Positions 49,701-62,560 of a stretch of 64,000 nucleotides of DNA are shown here, piece after piece. Made by a program: the position numbers and the translations under genes. Under the pieces are notes generated by a model. It made no database searches. It was not told where the DNA came from and saw only the letters and a program-made list of their open reading frames with translations. Source of the stretch: Anthoceros angustus (lineage: Eukaryota > Plantae > Anthocerotophyta); NCBI GenBank assembly GCA_010909165.1, contig MU008173.1:248001-312000 (forward strand), given 5' to 3'. Numbering within the stretch: position 1 is the first letter of the stretch; every line of letters begins with the position of its first letter.

Positions 49701-52700
49701 CCAGTAAATGCTTCATATGGTGTCATACCAGGGACAGCGGATGTTGGCAATCTGTTGATGAGATATGTAGCTATAAGAATGGCTTCATCCCAATAAACCT
49801 TGGGGAGGTTGGCTTGGGTCAATAAGCATCCAGTGATCTCTTGAAGGCGTAAATTTTTATTTTCTGCTACGCCATTTTGCTGAGAAGTGTGTACAACTGT
49901 GAGTTGTTGAGCTATACCTTCAGCTCGATAAAAATCAGCAAATTCATGTGATGTAAACTCTCCTCCGTTATCAGAACGCAAGGTTTTGAGTTTCTATCAA
50001 GTAATCTTTCCGCCCAAGCCATATTATCCTTGAAGAAGTGATAGGCATCACTCTTGTGCTTGAGGATGTATGTGAGGACAAAGCGGGAATAGTCATCTGT
50101 GAAGGTTAGGAAATATCTGCTACCACTGAAGGATGGTGTTGAGATAGGACCACAAATGTCGGTATGAACAAGTTCTAAAGGAGAGGATGCCCTTTGTGGA
50201 GAAATGTTCTTAAAAGGAGCCTGGTGTCTTTTGGTGACGACACAGGCTTCACACCAGGGAAGGTGTTGTATGTTGGAAAGACAAGGAGTTCTATAGAGAC
50301 TACCCTTCGACATTTGAAAAAGCTTTGAGCTATTTGGATGACCTAAGTGACAATGCCAAAGCATAGTATGTGTAGGTGTATCATTGTGAGAGGCAATGAT
50401 GTAACGGAAACTCCACTTGAATTGACTACCCAGAAGACCATCGCCTAATATGCCATGCGTGATGACTAATTTTCTATTACTTGTGTAGGAAATCAAGTTT
50501 ATTCAGACAGGATGGGTCACTCCGCATAGTGTGTTCTTTATAAAGACTGCAATGATACACTAATTTTTGCATATGGCAGGAACATGAAGGACTTGATGAA
50601 GATGAAGGGTCTGACATGTGTTACATCTGAGTACAACTGAACCAATACCAGAGATGGTAAGATTGTGATCATCCCCCAAGAGGATAGACTGGTGTCCTGT
50701 GGTTGGAGAATATGACTCAAAAGAGTCCTTGTCATAATAGATGTGTGAGGTAGCTCCACTGTCAAGATACCAATTTTGATTTGAAGGCTGAGATGAAGCC
50801 AAACAAACAGTGAGAGCTGAGGGAGTTGCTGATGACTGTCTCTTAATAGCAACGTATGCTCCAGATGTGGCCTCTTTCCTAGGCTCGCCATTCTTCTTTT
50901 TTCTACAGTCCTTCTCCATATGATTTGGGACCCTGCACCAATTGCAAATAATTCCACTCTTCTTGTTACCTCTTGCAGGTAGTTGAGTAGATGAACTTTC
51001 TCCAATAAAATTATGTTCAATGGGATTGGCAGAGTGTGTGGGAACTGGTCCTTTGCCACGACTCGGCCTCGGCCTCGCCCTCTGGCGCCTCTGCCACGTC
51101 CTGCATACATCACTGCTATCTGCTGGATCGGGAATCTTGTCTTCTGCTAGACTCCTCCTGGATAAGTGCTCCAATCAACTCAATAAGATCAAGTATCAAG
51201 TCCGATTTGTCACGCCGCCCATTTGTCTCGAGCACTTTAGACAAATGCTTTTGAGTTGTAACGAAAGATCTATAGGAGGATGGTAAGGAAGATAGGAGGG
51301 TAACAAAACATTCTAACTCAGAAAGTTTGTGACCAAATGCAGCTTCAAGTTGAGATCTTGCCATGCGAAAAGCGCTAATGTGATGTTCAATAGTATCTGA
51401 TTCCTTCATTCTAAGGTTGTGGAAGTTATGATTGGCTGCTACCAACCTCATGACATCTTTAGACGAATATAATTGAACAAGTTGGTTCCACATATCCTTT
51501 GAAGATTTTGCCTCAGATATTTGTCTGACCATATGTTGTGAAAGCCCACCAATCAATGTGTCTTGTGCTCGTTCGTCTTTAGAATCCTAGGAACGTTTTG
51601 CTTCATGAGTGCCCCACCAATTGGGGCGCGTAAGACTTCCGTTGATGATGTCCCATAGGTCACGATTGCGTAGTACTCCACGCATTCTGAGGTGCCAGAC
51701 ATCAAAATCTTTACCATTGAATCTATCCTTCTCCTTGAAAATGTCTCCATAATTATTGTCGATAATTGTTGGATTTGATTCCTTATCTTGATTGATAGGT
51801 GGTGGAGGATTGACCAGATGAGGGTCAATGTGATCACCGCCATCATCCGAAGCAGCAGATGGCTTTATACACAACTACGTCGTGTGCGTGAGTTTTTTGG
51901 AGGAGATCATTCGAGGAAGTGGCTCGATGTAGAGATCTTCATTAGAATTAGAATCTGCAGAGAACTATTAGAAATTATGTTTTCTAAATCTTCAATACGT
52001 TTATTTAAACGATTGAGACCAAGAATAAGCAATGATAATTGCTGAATTGTGGCCTTATGATTTATCTCTGTATCTAATTTGATGGATTCTACAATTGGCT
52101 GCAAGAAATTTGTGTTGGTAGAAGCACTAGGACCAGCAAATATATTGGGAAGATGTTGCAGTGCAAGTGTAATTGATTCTACTTGTGAGTAGCTAAAACG
52201 AGAAAGTAGATCTCTTCTAGCAAGCTTGATCCATTGCCCTTGATTTTCTGATTTGATTATAATAGCTCCAATGTAGTTGCTAATAATCTTAGAATCTCCT
52301 TCAACTTGATCTCTAATGTGCTTAGGATTGATGATTTTTGGTCGTTTATCCTTTGTTGCAGCCTTGGATCTCCTTCTATTCTCTTGTCTACAAGGATTTA
52401 AGAAATCCATGGTACATAGACAAGAGAAAAATGCACAAACTGTGCATTATAAATGTATGAAATAAAGCATAATGAAGTTGCCGCCAAATAGAAGGCCTCC
52501 TTGGAGAATAATCTCCATATGATTGATCTAGAATAGAAAATGCATAGCAGGATTGATGCCTCAAAGGATGGCAAACAATATGCTTGAGAATCTAGAGCTG
52601 AAGCTCTGATACCATGATGAAAATTACGCACACACACTTGCACAAAAGCTTGTTGCATTGTATAATAGAAAATACATGCCTTTATATAGGCAAGATGGTT

Positions 52701-52860
52701 ATAACCATAAGTGTTTGTAACCAATAAGTAGTTGTAACTAATATAACAACTAACTACCTAAATAACCAAATAAAAGGAACTACTTAGTGCCCTAGAATTA
52801 ATTAATATTTAATTCTAGATACCCTAGTGAATAGTGCCCTATTAGGTATATATTTTATCA
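43767..52860 (-). mobile_element. near full-length Ty1/copia LTR retrotransposon (copia-3)
   Basis: 246-bp LTRs at 43767-44012 and 52615-52860 (about 7 mismatches by eye); PBS at 52603-52614; PPT GAGTGGGAG next to the left LTR; gag, CNWCRVPNHMEKDC, WYLDSGATSH, LVHTDICGP, RSDNGGEF, MMDVKTTYLYG, YVDD, WSSKKQSTIALSSTESEY, HSRTKHIAVEYHYIRE. Confidence 0.96.
45617..51874 (-). pseudogene. copia-3 gag-pol, fragmented by frameshifts and tandem stutters
   Basis: ORF pieces 51874-51116 (gag), 51174-50560 (knuckle/protease), 50496-49361 (integrase), 48829-47498 (RT), 46150-45617 (RNase H); triplicated ~637-bp block at ~45990-47870 and duplicated ~590-bp block at 48280-49400. Confidence 0.92.
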
Positions 52861-54712
52861 CACCGCGAGTTGCGAAAGTCCTGCATCCATCATTGGTGTC
52901 GCCGTACATGGCTCGAACTTCACCGCCACTAACATGGTGAAGTACAAACACCTTGATCCCACCATCCACCGCAACTACTACTTGCACACCCTACCGCAGT
53001 CGGGCCGCCAACTCGGCCTGATTCAAAGATAGGTAACTCAGCGCCTTGGTCACTTAATTGAAAATGCAAGAGTCCAGTGATATCATTGGATCCTCCCCAT
53101 CCCACGGACTTGTCTTAGCGACAACAATGTAATGTAGCACACTGGGTCGCGAGTGAACGGGACCCCACAAGGCACTCCGACTCAAGCTCATATTATACCG
53201 CCAAATGCGATTTGTCCTTCCTTCCACGGAGGTATTGCCAATACCTCCGTGGAAGGAAGGACAAATCCATCTCTGACGACCCTTGAGCTTGTAGGCCTCT
53301 CTTTAGCGGGGCGTGCTCCAGAGCACACCCCGTAGCAGGACCTGGCTCCACATCATGATCATCAAATTTTGCAGCATGCGTCTCCAAGAAAAGAGGCGAC
53401 CTCATATACGTGTACCACCGTCTGCACGCATCCTCCAAGCGGCAACGCTTGCCAGCGAGAGGACAACACGCCGCCCAAAAGCGTCGTCGAGGTTCTCCCA
53501 TAATGTTGCGTCCATATCATCGCGACTTGGGTCCAAAACAGCGAGTCGTAGCTTCACCTGATGCACCATAATCTAGCTTTGCACCAAGTTCCCAAGCAAG
53601 TTCACAATAAATTGTAGATTTTTGCTGCAACTTGGAACTCACCGGTTCAATGATAGTGGATTGATACGAAACCCTACATATATAGCCTGAGACTAAAATT
53701 GACGAAAAAAAGGAGGACATGTCGAGATTGAACGATATGAAAAGTTCTATGTACAACAACTAAGCTGAAGTTTCTAGCGGGTTGGGCACAAAGGCGTTGG
53801 CGAGGTGGAGCTCGAGCGGGGACCGGCCAATAACTGTGCACCATTTGGTCGGCAAAATTCTACTGCTGCATGACTAGGTGCACAAGCTGGCCATGGAGTT
53901 TGGACATGTCCTAGATTTGTGAGGAGCTTGGGTTGGGGATGTTTTGACCTTTTTGTGTTGGGTGATGGCGGTTTCGCCACCTTTTCGACTCTGTTTTTTC
54001 ATTGGATTGTCATGGTTACTGGATTCTTGGTAAAGCATGTCTTTGTGAGTCAAATGGTGTAAGAAAGTACTGAATTGGAGCTCACCTGATTGCTAACTAG
54101 CAAGATGTATGTGCGCTCAAGTCCCATCTCGTGATCGAAGCCTCAACGTCTGGATTGGTCTCTTGTTTTCAGTTGTGAGCAGATCGAGACCAGACAAAGT
54201 GTGCTGGATAGAGCATGTCCTGGAGCACGTTGCCATATGTTTTTGAATTTTTAAGTCCAAATACCCCAGCAGTAAAATGATGGAAATTATTTTCCAGCAA
54301 TTTTTCCTAAACAAATGCTGAAAACCCCTTGGACGTTTTGGGGTTAACAAAAGCCATAACGTGCTCTGTGTAGTAGACTGATTGACGTGTCTGCAGCCCA
54401 AACACGAGAAGACTTAGCAATTTCTTATTTCCCAATACCTATCTAGAAGAAAATGATGGAAACGGCCTATCCTATAGCACATTACAAACTTGTAAAAAAA
54501 TTACAGCTAAAACAGAAGACTTTTAGAGAGGAGCTAAAAGCTTCAATAATATGAGGACCTCAAATCACTTTCAGCATAAAAAATATCTGAAGCAAACTCC
54601 TCTCTGAACGGAACAATTTACTCTAATGCTGTAGCCCGATTGTGCAGGGGCTCAAGTCGCAATGGAGCCGCGGGCCTGAGGGAGGTTGTTAGCGCGCAGA
54701 ACGGAAGCAAAA

Positions 54713-55533
54713 ATGGCGACCGCTTCTATGGCTTGCGTCAATTCTCCCACCCTTGTACTCACTCCAGCCAGCAGCACCTCACGCCTTCACATCGGTTAGT
54801 CGCCACTCCTCATCATGCTAATGCACACAGGGAGGCACTGGGTTGAAGCCCTCCTGCTTGCTCTTGTGCCGCAGACAGTAAATCTTCCAGTATTGGAAGA
54901 ACGAACTTCAGGCTGAGTGCGTTGTCAAGGTGTATATTGCAGCGTCGAAGTGCTTCCGAGCTGAGAGTGGTGTCGGACCTCACTGCTGTGAGTGTGTGTG
55001 AGCCGTCGAGGGAATGCTATTCCGAAACCTGCTGAAGCCTTACTGGAGGCAAATGTGTTGGAACCTGGACGCAGAATGCCCCAAGAACGTCTGGGTCAAG
55101 GAAACCCAAGGTGGTGAACATGGTAGACCCCCTGGAAGCCAAGCGCCTCGCTGCAGAAGAGTGGAAAATGTTACAAGCCCGTGTCAAATTTAGGGTAAGG
55201 TTGGCGTGTGGCATTTGAAACCGTGTTGCTGGATGCTAAGCTTGGTGGACTCAATCCTTTTGACAATGCCCCTGTAGAGGCAACGACGAATAGAAGCCAT
55301 CAATGGTGGATGGGCTGTGCTGGGTTTGACAACCGGCATCGTTATCGAGGGTTACACTGGCGACGGAATACTTGTCCAGGTAAGTGATTCTGTTCTGCCT
55401 AGAGTCTTGACATTGTTCTCGGCCTGCTCACAGTGCTGAGGTACCAAGGACATGCTGTCTTCGTTCCCAGGTAGCTAATTATATTGACACCGTGACTGGC
55501 TATCTGGACGAGTTTGTTCCTCCTGGCTTTTAG
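54713..55533 (+). CDS. chloroplast LHC-like (LIL/SEP-type) one-helix protein, spliced
   Basis: Ser/Thr/Ala-rich transit-peptide-like start at ATG 54713. Exons give MVDPLEAKRLAAEEWKMLQARVKFR | RQRRIEAINGGWAVLGLTTGIVIEGYTGDGILVQ (55278-55378) | VANYIDTVTGYLDEFVPPGF* (55471-55533) with GT-AG introns. The 5' exon structure is less certain. Confidence 0.82.
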
Positions 55534-55705
55534 GAGAATGGAAGACATTACTGGCGGTTGAACAGCAGTTGTGTCGCAATTGTCGACTCTAGTTGCGTTC
55601 CTCGACTGGCAGAATAATCCAGATGTACCTGCCATACGTGGAGAATCCACCTCCGTTGATACTGGAAGGTTGGAGAGAACATATGTAACTATCATTCACG
55701 CCTCC

Positions 55706-55805
55706 TGTGTGTGCTTTCAAAGTAGGTGGAGAGGAAAAGCATCCAGAATTATAACTCGTGTGTGCGTTCAAAGTAGGTGGAGAGGAAAAGCGTCCAGAAT
55801 CATAA
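55706..55805. repeat. ~51-bp direct duplication in the 3' region between convergent genes
   Basis: TGTGTGC.TTCAAAGTAGGTGGAGAGGAAAAGC.TCCAGAAT.ATAA twice. Confidence 0.85.
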
Positions 55806-56139
55806 AAATATTTGCTTATTCAAGTAGCTCAAGGTGGCGTGGCAAGTTCCATGTATGCACAATATGCACAAGTTCAGAGCTTCTGAAACCAAAGAGTCGG
55901 CACTGAGCCGAGCAGAATCAGCCTGTCTAATGTAAACATGTAAACAGTTCTTGACGCCCTCTGAAACAGGTCATCTTCAAGGCTCCACAAAATTGAGTCA
56001 ACTGGCTCAAGTTCAGTCCACGCCAGTAGAGTAAAATAGTTCTACTACACGGATCCACTCTTGCAATTTACCATAGCAGACAACACTAGTGCAGCACCGT
56101 TCTGCCAGCAAGCTCTTGTATAAGCCACTATGCTTACCC

Positions 56140-57417
56140 TCAGTCGCGAGCCTTGAAGTGGTTTCTCACCAAGTAAGCAGCGATCACAGTGGAGGCAGCT
56201 CCAAGGACGGCCAGGGCAGCCAGAGTGTCCCCGCGCTCCCAGGTGTTCACCAAGTTAGTGAGCTTCTGCCAAGGCGAGAACCTAGGGGGAGCAAGCACCG
56301 CCTTCACATGCTCCACAGTTTCAGCATTGGATACCAGAGGTGTATCAACAGGCACTTCAACAGGCTTGCAGCAAAACTCCGGCTGACGAGGGCTTAAAAC
56401 CCCCCCGTTTTCAGAAGCAACAGCCGCCTTGGCGCAAGCACACTCTCCCTGTCTGGCCTCGTTCCTGCTGCGCTGGCTCTCCTTCTGCTCTGCTTCGCCA
56501 ACCCCCATCTGTCCCCTCCATAGCCGCTCAATAACCTCCCCGTTCTTTATGTGTTCTTCAAGCAGGACGGGCACATCCTCAGGAGTGACATATCCAAACC
56601 AGTGCCCTTGAGCAAGCCCGTCCGACCCCGGTCGGAAGACGATCACATTCCCCGCATACTTGTGGCCACCGATGTGGGAGCACGGACGCACGAAGACCTC
56701 CCCTCCCAGCCCCGCTTTCTCGGCTTCCTCCTTAAAGCCATCGATCAAGACAGGTCCGCAGTAGCCACACCGCCTGTCCTTGGCCGCGTGAGCACACACA
56801 AAGACATGACTCCCACTGAGCTTCTCGGAAGGTACCACGCTCGACTCCTGCCCTTGCACCAGCACCTCCTCCACAAACGTCTCAACCTGCTCCGGCACCA
56901 AGCCCTTGTACCGCACCATGTCCGGAAAGATGAGCAGATCCCCGTCCCCCTCCTTGCCCTCACACACAGTCATCCTCGTCTTGCGAGGGATGTCCGCGCG
57001 CCTGGCCTTCAGAGCGGATGCCAAGCTCCGCGGAAGCTGGTCAGCTTCCGAGGCCTCCACCTGGCTGGGCCAGCTCTCCGCGTCCTTGTAGCACAGGAAC
57101 ACATGCCTCTCATACAGCTGCACTGTCCCGACCAGCGGCTTCTCATACATCTCCTTCCTGGCGAATCCAACCTCAGAATTCTCATCTTTCTTCGCCTCCC
57201 CGTTGGCCACATGCTCCACGCCATTCACAGGCTCCGCAGCCACCTCGCCATCGGCATGCACAACGGGTGCAGGTGCCTTCTCTCCGCCGTTAACTTCCGG
57301 TCCAAAATTGGCTGCAGCAGAGTCGGAACTCACTTCTTCCACAGCTGCTGTTGCAAAGGAGCTTTTCTCCTCAACCTCAGGCGCTGCCAATTCCACGACC
57401 CCGCCTTCGGACGCCAT
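56140..57417 (-). CDS. sucrase/ferredoxin-like (Apd1/Aim32-type 2Fe-2S thioredoxin-like) protein, intronless
   Basis: Open ORF, likely start MASEGG at 57417; YERHVFLCY, HVFVCAHAAKDRRCGYCGP, CSHIGGHKYAGNVIVF, WFGYVTPEDV; C-terminal hydrophobic anchor. Confidence 0.92.
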   Translation of the reverse strand: MASEGGVVELAAPEVEEKSSFATAAVEEVSSDSAAANFGPEVNGGEKAPAPVVHADGEVAAEPVNGVEHVANGEAKKDENSEVGFARKEMYEKPLVGTVQLYERHVFLCYKDAESWPSQVEASEADQLPRSLASALKARRADIPRKTRMTVCEGKEGDGDLLIFPDMVRYKGLVPEQVETFVEEVLVQGQESSVVPSEKLSGSHVFVCAHAAKDRRCGYCGPVLIDGFKEEAEKAGLGGEVFVRPCSHIGGHKYAGNVIVFRPGSDGLAQGHWFGYVTPEDVPVLLEEHIKNGEVIERLWRGQMGVGEAEQKESQRSRNEARQGECACAKAAVASENGGVLSPRQPEFCCKPVEVPVDTPLVSNAETVEHVKAVLAPPRFSPWQKLTNLVNTWERGDTLAALAVLGAASTVIAAYLVRNHFKARD

Positions 57418-60330
57418 GGCCTTGACGCTGTGATCCCCTAATTCAACCCTTGTGCGTGCCCTACTCGATCTGCAGGGAGACAAGCAACGTGATCAGCCGC
57501 CAACACTGCGCTGCACACACACACTCTTCAGCCACGGGTGCAAGGCGACGAATCACGCACCTCGAGACGCAACTCAAGCTCGGAGCATTCGATATCAGCG
57601 GAATACGAGCAAGCAGCGGCAACAGCACATTCGGCCTAGGAATAGAAAAGGAGCTCGCACTGAACGTGAGCAGCTGGACCGAACACTCAAGCCTCACAAG
57701 GCCCGCGGCACGCTTCATAAATAATGTCGCCATATGAAGAGGCCATGCGTACCTTTTTCTCGCTCCCGGAATCATGGGTGACTTCATTCAACACCACTTA
57801 CCAGTGGGCACGTCTGCAGTCTACTTGGGTACGTAACTCTTCTCCATCTCAGAGCCCCACACTTCGAAGAAGAAGCGTGTGTTTCTTTAGGCCTTCAGGC
57901 GTGATACCGATTCTTTTCGTTCTCGTTTCGTCAGCCTCATCTTTCATTTGTTGAAGAGCCTCATACAAACAACATGTGTATCGGGGGACTTTGAAGGGCC
58001 TCCGAGTAGAGGTGCGAGCTTATATCGACGAGTTTATATGTCACGGGCCGGAGGACTTTAGAGCATGGGAAACTTAGAGAGCCTTGTAACATAGGGGTTA
58101 ATAAAGACAACGAGAAGTTGGAATGTGCACCTATACTAGGGTACTAGTCATATTAGCTGTTCTTATGTATATATTAAATGAATTTCTATCTATGCAATAC
58201 GTTCTAGAGGGCGCTATTATGAATAAACACAAGCAGCATAAATTCCATCATCGTGGTCGGCATCGATTAGTTCGAGCCATGTTGTTGCTGTCCAAGGCAA
58301 GACTCGGTATGCCTACAAAATTTTGGTTTTTTGAAATTGTTCATAAAGGGATTTCTACTAAGAGCGCAGTGTGTTTGGCATGTCTAGGGGTGCTCAAGTC
58401 CGAATCGGCTATCTTGTTTACCAAAAAACAAATTCTGAAATGGGCCACAACTACAACATTAAATGTCAAACCACAATGGTTTCTACATGTTATATACATT
58501 GGTCAGGTTTGCAATGGGCTGGAAAGCAATGCGAAGATCGCACAACAAGCGAGAGCGTCTCACCTGTATCCATAACACAGGGAAGTAGAGCACAAATGGA
58601 CATGTCTATTCACCATTGCGCAATGTAAAATCCCCAACCTACATCATGCGTTAGAAAAAACACTGCCAACAGTGCAACACATTCCTCCAATGATCGACAT
58701 ATCACATAGCTTGATGCATGAGAGGTTTTCACGGTACTAGCCTTGATTGGACGCCCATTGTTAGAGTATAGTCCATCATAGTTGCAATTCCAATCCACCG
58801 TAAAAAGGGCCCTTCTCCCTCTAGGTGTCCCTAAAGCTAATTAGTGGTCTCTGATCTACACACGCTACGGAGGTCATGCCTCCCTTTTCCTTGTTCCTTG
58901 AGGATGGTCAGAGGGGGCTTCAAGCCTCACTCTAAGAGAAGTAGTATGGGCAGGCACATGAGGCTCCCCTTCTCGATTTCTAGCCTCCATTTCTCGACCT
59001 GCAAGAGCTTGTCTCCGCTCTTGCTTGAGAAATGGAGTAGGTTCCTGGCATCAGGCCCGATCTTGCATCCAAGCCTTTTGAATCGCACCGACTTCTTTTT
59101 CTACTGCAATGAGGTTCCGCCTGGGTTTGGTCCAACCTCTGGCTTGTTTTCTTACATTAATTGTCTGATATAGGGCCCCTAAAGCGATCTTTGGAATACT
59201 CTAGCTTCTTCATGTCAATTGGCGGGCAGCGTATCGCAACACATGATACCATCTGAGATGTCATGTTCTTAATGGCTCAAGGAAGCGGCCCACATACATT
59301 GCTCAATGGCATTTCTCTCCAAGCTGATTGACTAGAGGGAACCAGGTCTTTGTTGCAGATGTAGTAGTAGCAGATGCTACTCAGGACACCGTCAACGAGC
59401 ATGTCATCATCAACCCTCCAGACCGGGTGGCGGAGGGATGTGCGACAACCAAGGCCTACAAGTACACCCCCATCTAGGAAGGCCTTGTGTTCATTTTGCT
59501 TGCTATCGAAACTCATAGGGCGATGTGCAAGGATTTTTTAAAGTTTATTAAGGGTTGTGCTAAGGCCTACCACACCTGTAAGAATGGGGTAGGTCTCCCC
59601 TTTCCTGTGTGGTGGCTTTTTTTTGGCTGCGTCTTTCCATCACCCTGCAGAGAGCGGTGACAAACGCAATTTACAGAACAACCTTAAATGCGGGAGACGC
59701 AACATCTTCAGTTCCCACGGTAAGTAAGCCCTTTCTTATTCCAAAGTACGATAATTAGGAGGCAATAGGTAGTTTCAGGGTAAACAATTGCGGGGACTAG
59801 CTCCCCTTGGCCTCTGGCCCTTTACTGCATATGGGACTTCCTATCTCAACATATTTATGAAGTATATGCATTCTTCTTTTCTCAAAAAAGCCCTTGCGGA
59901 GTACCATCGTAGAAGGACCATGCTGCAAAGCACCTTTTTTTTTTTTTTTCCCGCAACATGCTGCAAAACACATAGCCCGAATCCATATTATCGTTGGTGA
60001 GTTTTGTTGTTTTGCCGCTATATCTACCCTATTCTCTCAGCTAAAAATGGGATATGTTGATAATATTCTATACAATACAATGGGACTGGTGGCGAAGAAA
60101 GATAAAGTAGCATCCAGATAAGGGGCTTTGGTTTGTCGCAAGGTGACCGGCTAGGAATGCCTGAAATCAACCCGCGTTCTACAACCACAAGCGTCTGGTC
60201 ACGAAGAGTCCTTGAAATCCCCACTCCAGGCAGCAAAGTCCCTCAGGCCTTTTCCTTCCGTTCTCTCCACGACCCACGCGTACTCTTGTCTTCTCCCCAC
60301 TGTCCCGCCGGCTTCCGCTGCTCCTCTGCA

Positions 60331-62031
60331 ATGGCGGCCATGGCAGCCACCTCCAGCTTGCTGAAGCAGTCCGTGGCTGTGCCCAAGTCCGATTTCTCCG
60401 GCAAGGCAGTGCGCCAAGTAGCTGCACCCACCAGCGTCCGGTTGGCCGCGCCTCTGGCTGTGCGCGCCGGGGGGTATGAGGAGGAGCTGAGGAAGACCGC
60501 GGTATGTTCCGTTTCATGGGTTTTTGGTGTCGTAGTCTGAACTTCGCAGCTTGGTGTTGGTTGCCCATGCTACGGTGGGTTGTGGTGGGCAGAAATCGGT
60601 GGCGTCTCCGGGGCGGGGAATTCTGGCCATGGACGAGTCCAACGCCACCTGCGGGCTGCGGTTGGCGTCCATCGGGCTGGAGAACACCGAGGCTAACAGG
60701 CAGGCCTACAGGCAGCTCCTGGTGTCTACCCCGGGGCTGGGAGAGTACGTGTCCGGTGCCATCTTGTTCGAGGAGACCCTGTACCAGTCCACCACGGACG
60801 GGAAGAAAATGGTGGATGTCCTGACCGAGCAGAGCATTCTCCCCGGTATCAAGGTGGACAAGGTAGGTGGTGTCGAATTGTGGTGTCGAATTTCGGTACC
60901 TACTCTGCATGCATGCTTGCATGCTCTGTCGTTGCCTTTCTCATGCATTGTCGTTGCCTTTCTCATGCATTGTCGTTGCCTTTCTCATGCATGCTGTTGC
61001 ATGTTTTCCAGGGTTTGGTGCCTCTGGCAGGATCCAACAACGAATCCTGGTGCCAAGGTCTGGATGGCCTTGCCTCCCGAACTGCTGGCTACTACAAGCA
61101 GGGTGCTCGTTTTGCCAAGTGGTAAGTGTATTTCCCAAGGTTTTCTGTACATGCATCATTTTGGCCAGTGCTCTGAGCTGTTGTCCTCGTGGTCTACAGG
61201 AGAACTGTGATCAGCATTCCCAACGGCCCCTCTGAGCTGGCAGTCACTGAAGCTGCCTGGGGCCTTGCCCGATACGCTGCCATTTCACAGGTCCTTTCCT
61301 AGCTTCTCTATGTAAATAATTTCCCGTTTCGTCCAGCCCACTCTCGTCTCTGGACTTGTCCTTGTTTACTGAGGACCTGTCGTGACTGTGCAGGACAACG
61401 GTTTGGTCCCCATTGTTGAGCCCGAGATTCTGCTCGACGGTGAGCACGGCATCGACCGCACTCTGGAAGTTGCTGAGAAGGTGTGGTCCAAGGTGTTCTT
61501 CTTCCTGGCTGAGAACAATGTGCTGTTCGAGGGTATTCTCCTCAAGCCCAGCATGGTCACTCCCGGAGCCCAGAGCTCTGTGAAGGCCACACCCGAGCAG
61601 GTGGCGGAGTACACTCTCACCCTGCTGAAAAGGAGGGTGCCACCATCTGTCCCCGGGATCATGGTAAGACTGATTCCTCCTCGTCCAATTGTCTTCAACA
61701 CAGTCACCATGCCTGTGTAGTCTCCTGATAAGCTTTCTGTTGCTTCCTGCAGTTCTTGTCAGGAGGACAGTCCGAGGTGGAGGCCACCCTCAACCTCAAC
61801 GCCATGAACCAGAGCCCCAACCCGTGGCACGTGTCTTTCTCCTACGCCAGGGCTCTCCAGAACTCGGTTCTGAAGACCTGGAAGGGTCAACCGGAGAACG
61901 TGAAGGCAGCACAGCAGGCCCTCCTCGTGAGAGCGAAATTGAACTCCCTGGCTCAGCTCGGCAAGTATACCGCCGAAGGAGAATCAGAAGAAGCCAAGAA
62001 GGGAATGTTCGTTGCTGGATACACTTACTGA
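60331..62031 (+). CDS. FBA: plastid class I fructose-bisphosphate aldolase
   Basis: Six exons 60331-60501, 60593-60862, 61012-61121, 61200-61290, 61394-61663, 61753-62031 with GT-AG introns; transit peptide, [55 protein letters not shown]-terminal GYTY. Confidence 0.97.
60927..60992. repeat. 22-bp x3 tandem repeat in aldolase intron 2
   Basis: Unit TGTCGTTGCCTTTCTCATGCAT. Confidence 0.95.
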
Positions 62032-62560
62032 GGTGATGTAGGGCCCGACCCCTCGGGATTTGTCCCCTACCTGACCTCCTTGCCTGTCATGAGGGTAGTG
62101 CAGCGATGGCGTGAGTCGAATTGACTCACCCTCAAAAAAGGGAAGGAAGGAAGGATCTGTACCCGGTGGCGCGGAAGGAAATTCGCCTCCTGGTCGTAAA
62201 TCTGCAGAACTACGTAGCAAAGCCTAACTTGGATTCTCTGAAATTTTTGTAATTCTTTACCACCCTAAATTATTCCTTGTTTTGCTGAATCAAAATGAAC
62301 CATCGCGACGCCTGGCTGGCCGGCCGTCTTTCACTGAGTGCTCTCTGTGCTACCACGGCCTGATCGGGGCCTTCTCCTCAAGAGCTGATTTGCTGGTGGA
62401 GACAGCAAAGATGTGGGCCGTCCAAGTCCCGGACCCTGAATCAGGTTTCATCCATCTCTGCCCGTTGATTGGCAAAGTGCGTTCGCGGTGTAGAAAATTC
62501 TCGTGCACCTCATGACATGATACCTGTCCTTGTCCAGACGCGCTTCTCTGAGCCGCAAAA

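Noticed and set aside
52861-53560. Possible F-box-like remnant (GVLSSRWQAL), perhaps continuing at 43100-43766
   Set aside because: Too decayed; one weak motif only
55278-55378. LHC motif lacking the canonical Arg (EAINGGWA instead of ExxNGRxA)
   Set aside because: As I recall, the same substitution is typical of this LIL subfamily in other plants, so it is not novel
58100-59520. Possible decayed non-LTR retrotransposon or gene fragment
   Set aside because: No RT, endonuclease or poly(A) signature that I can identify
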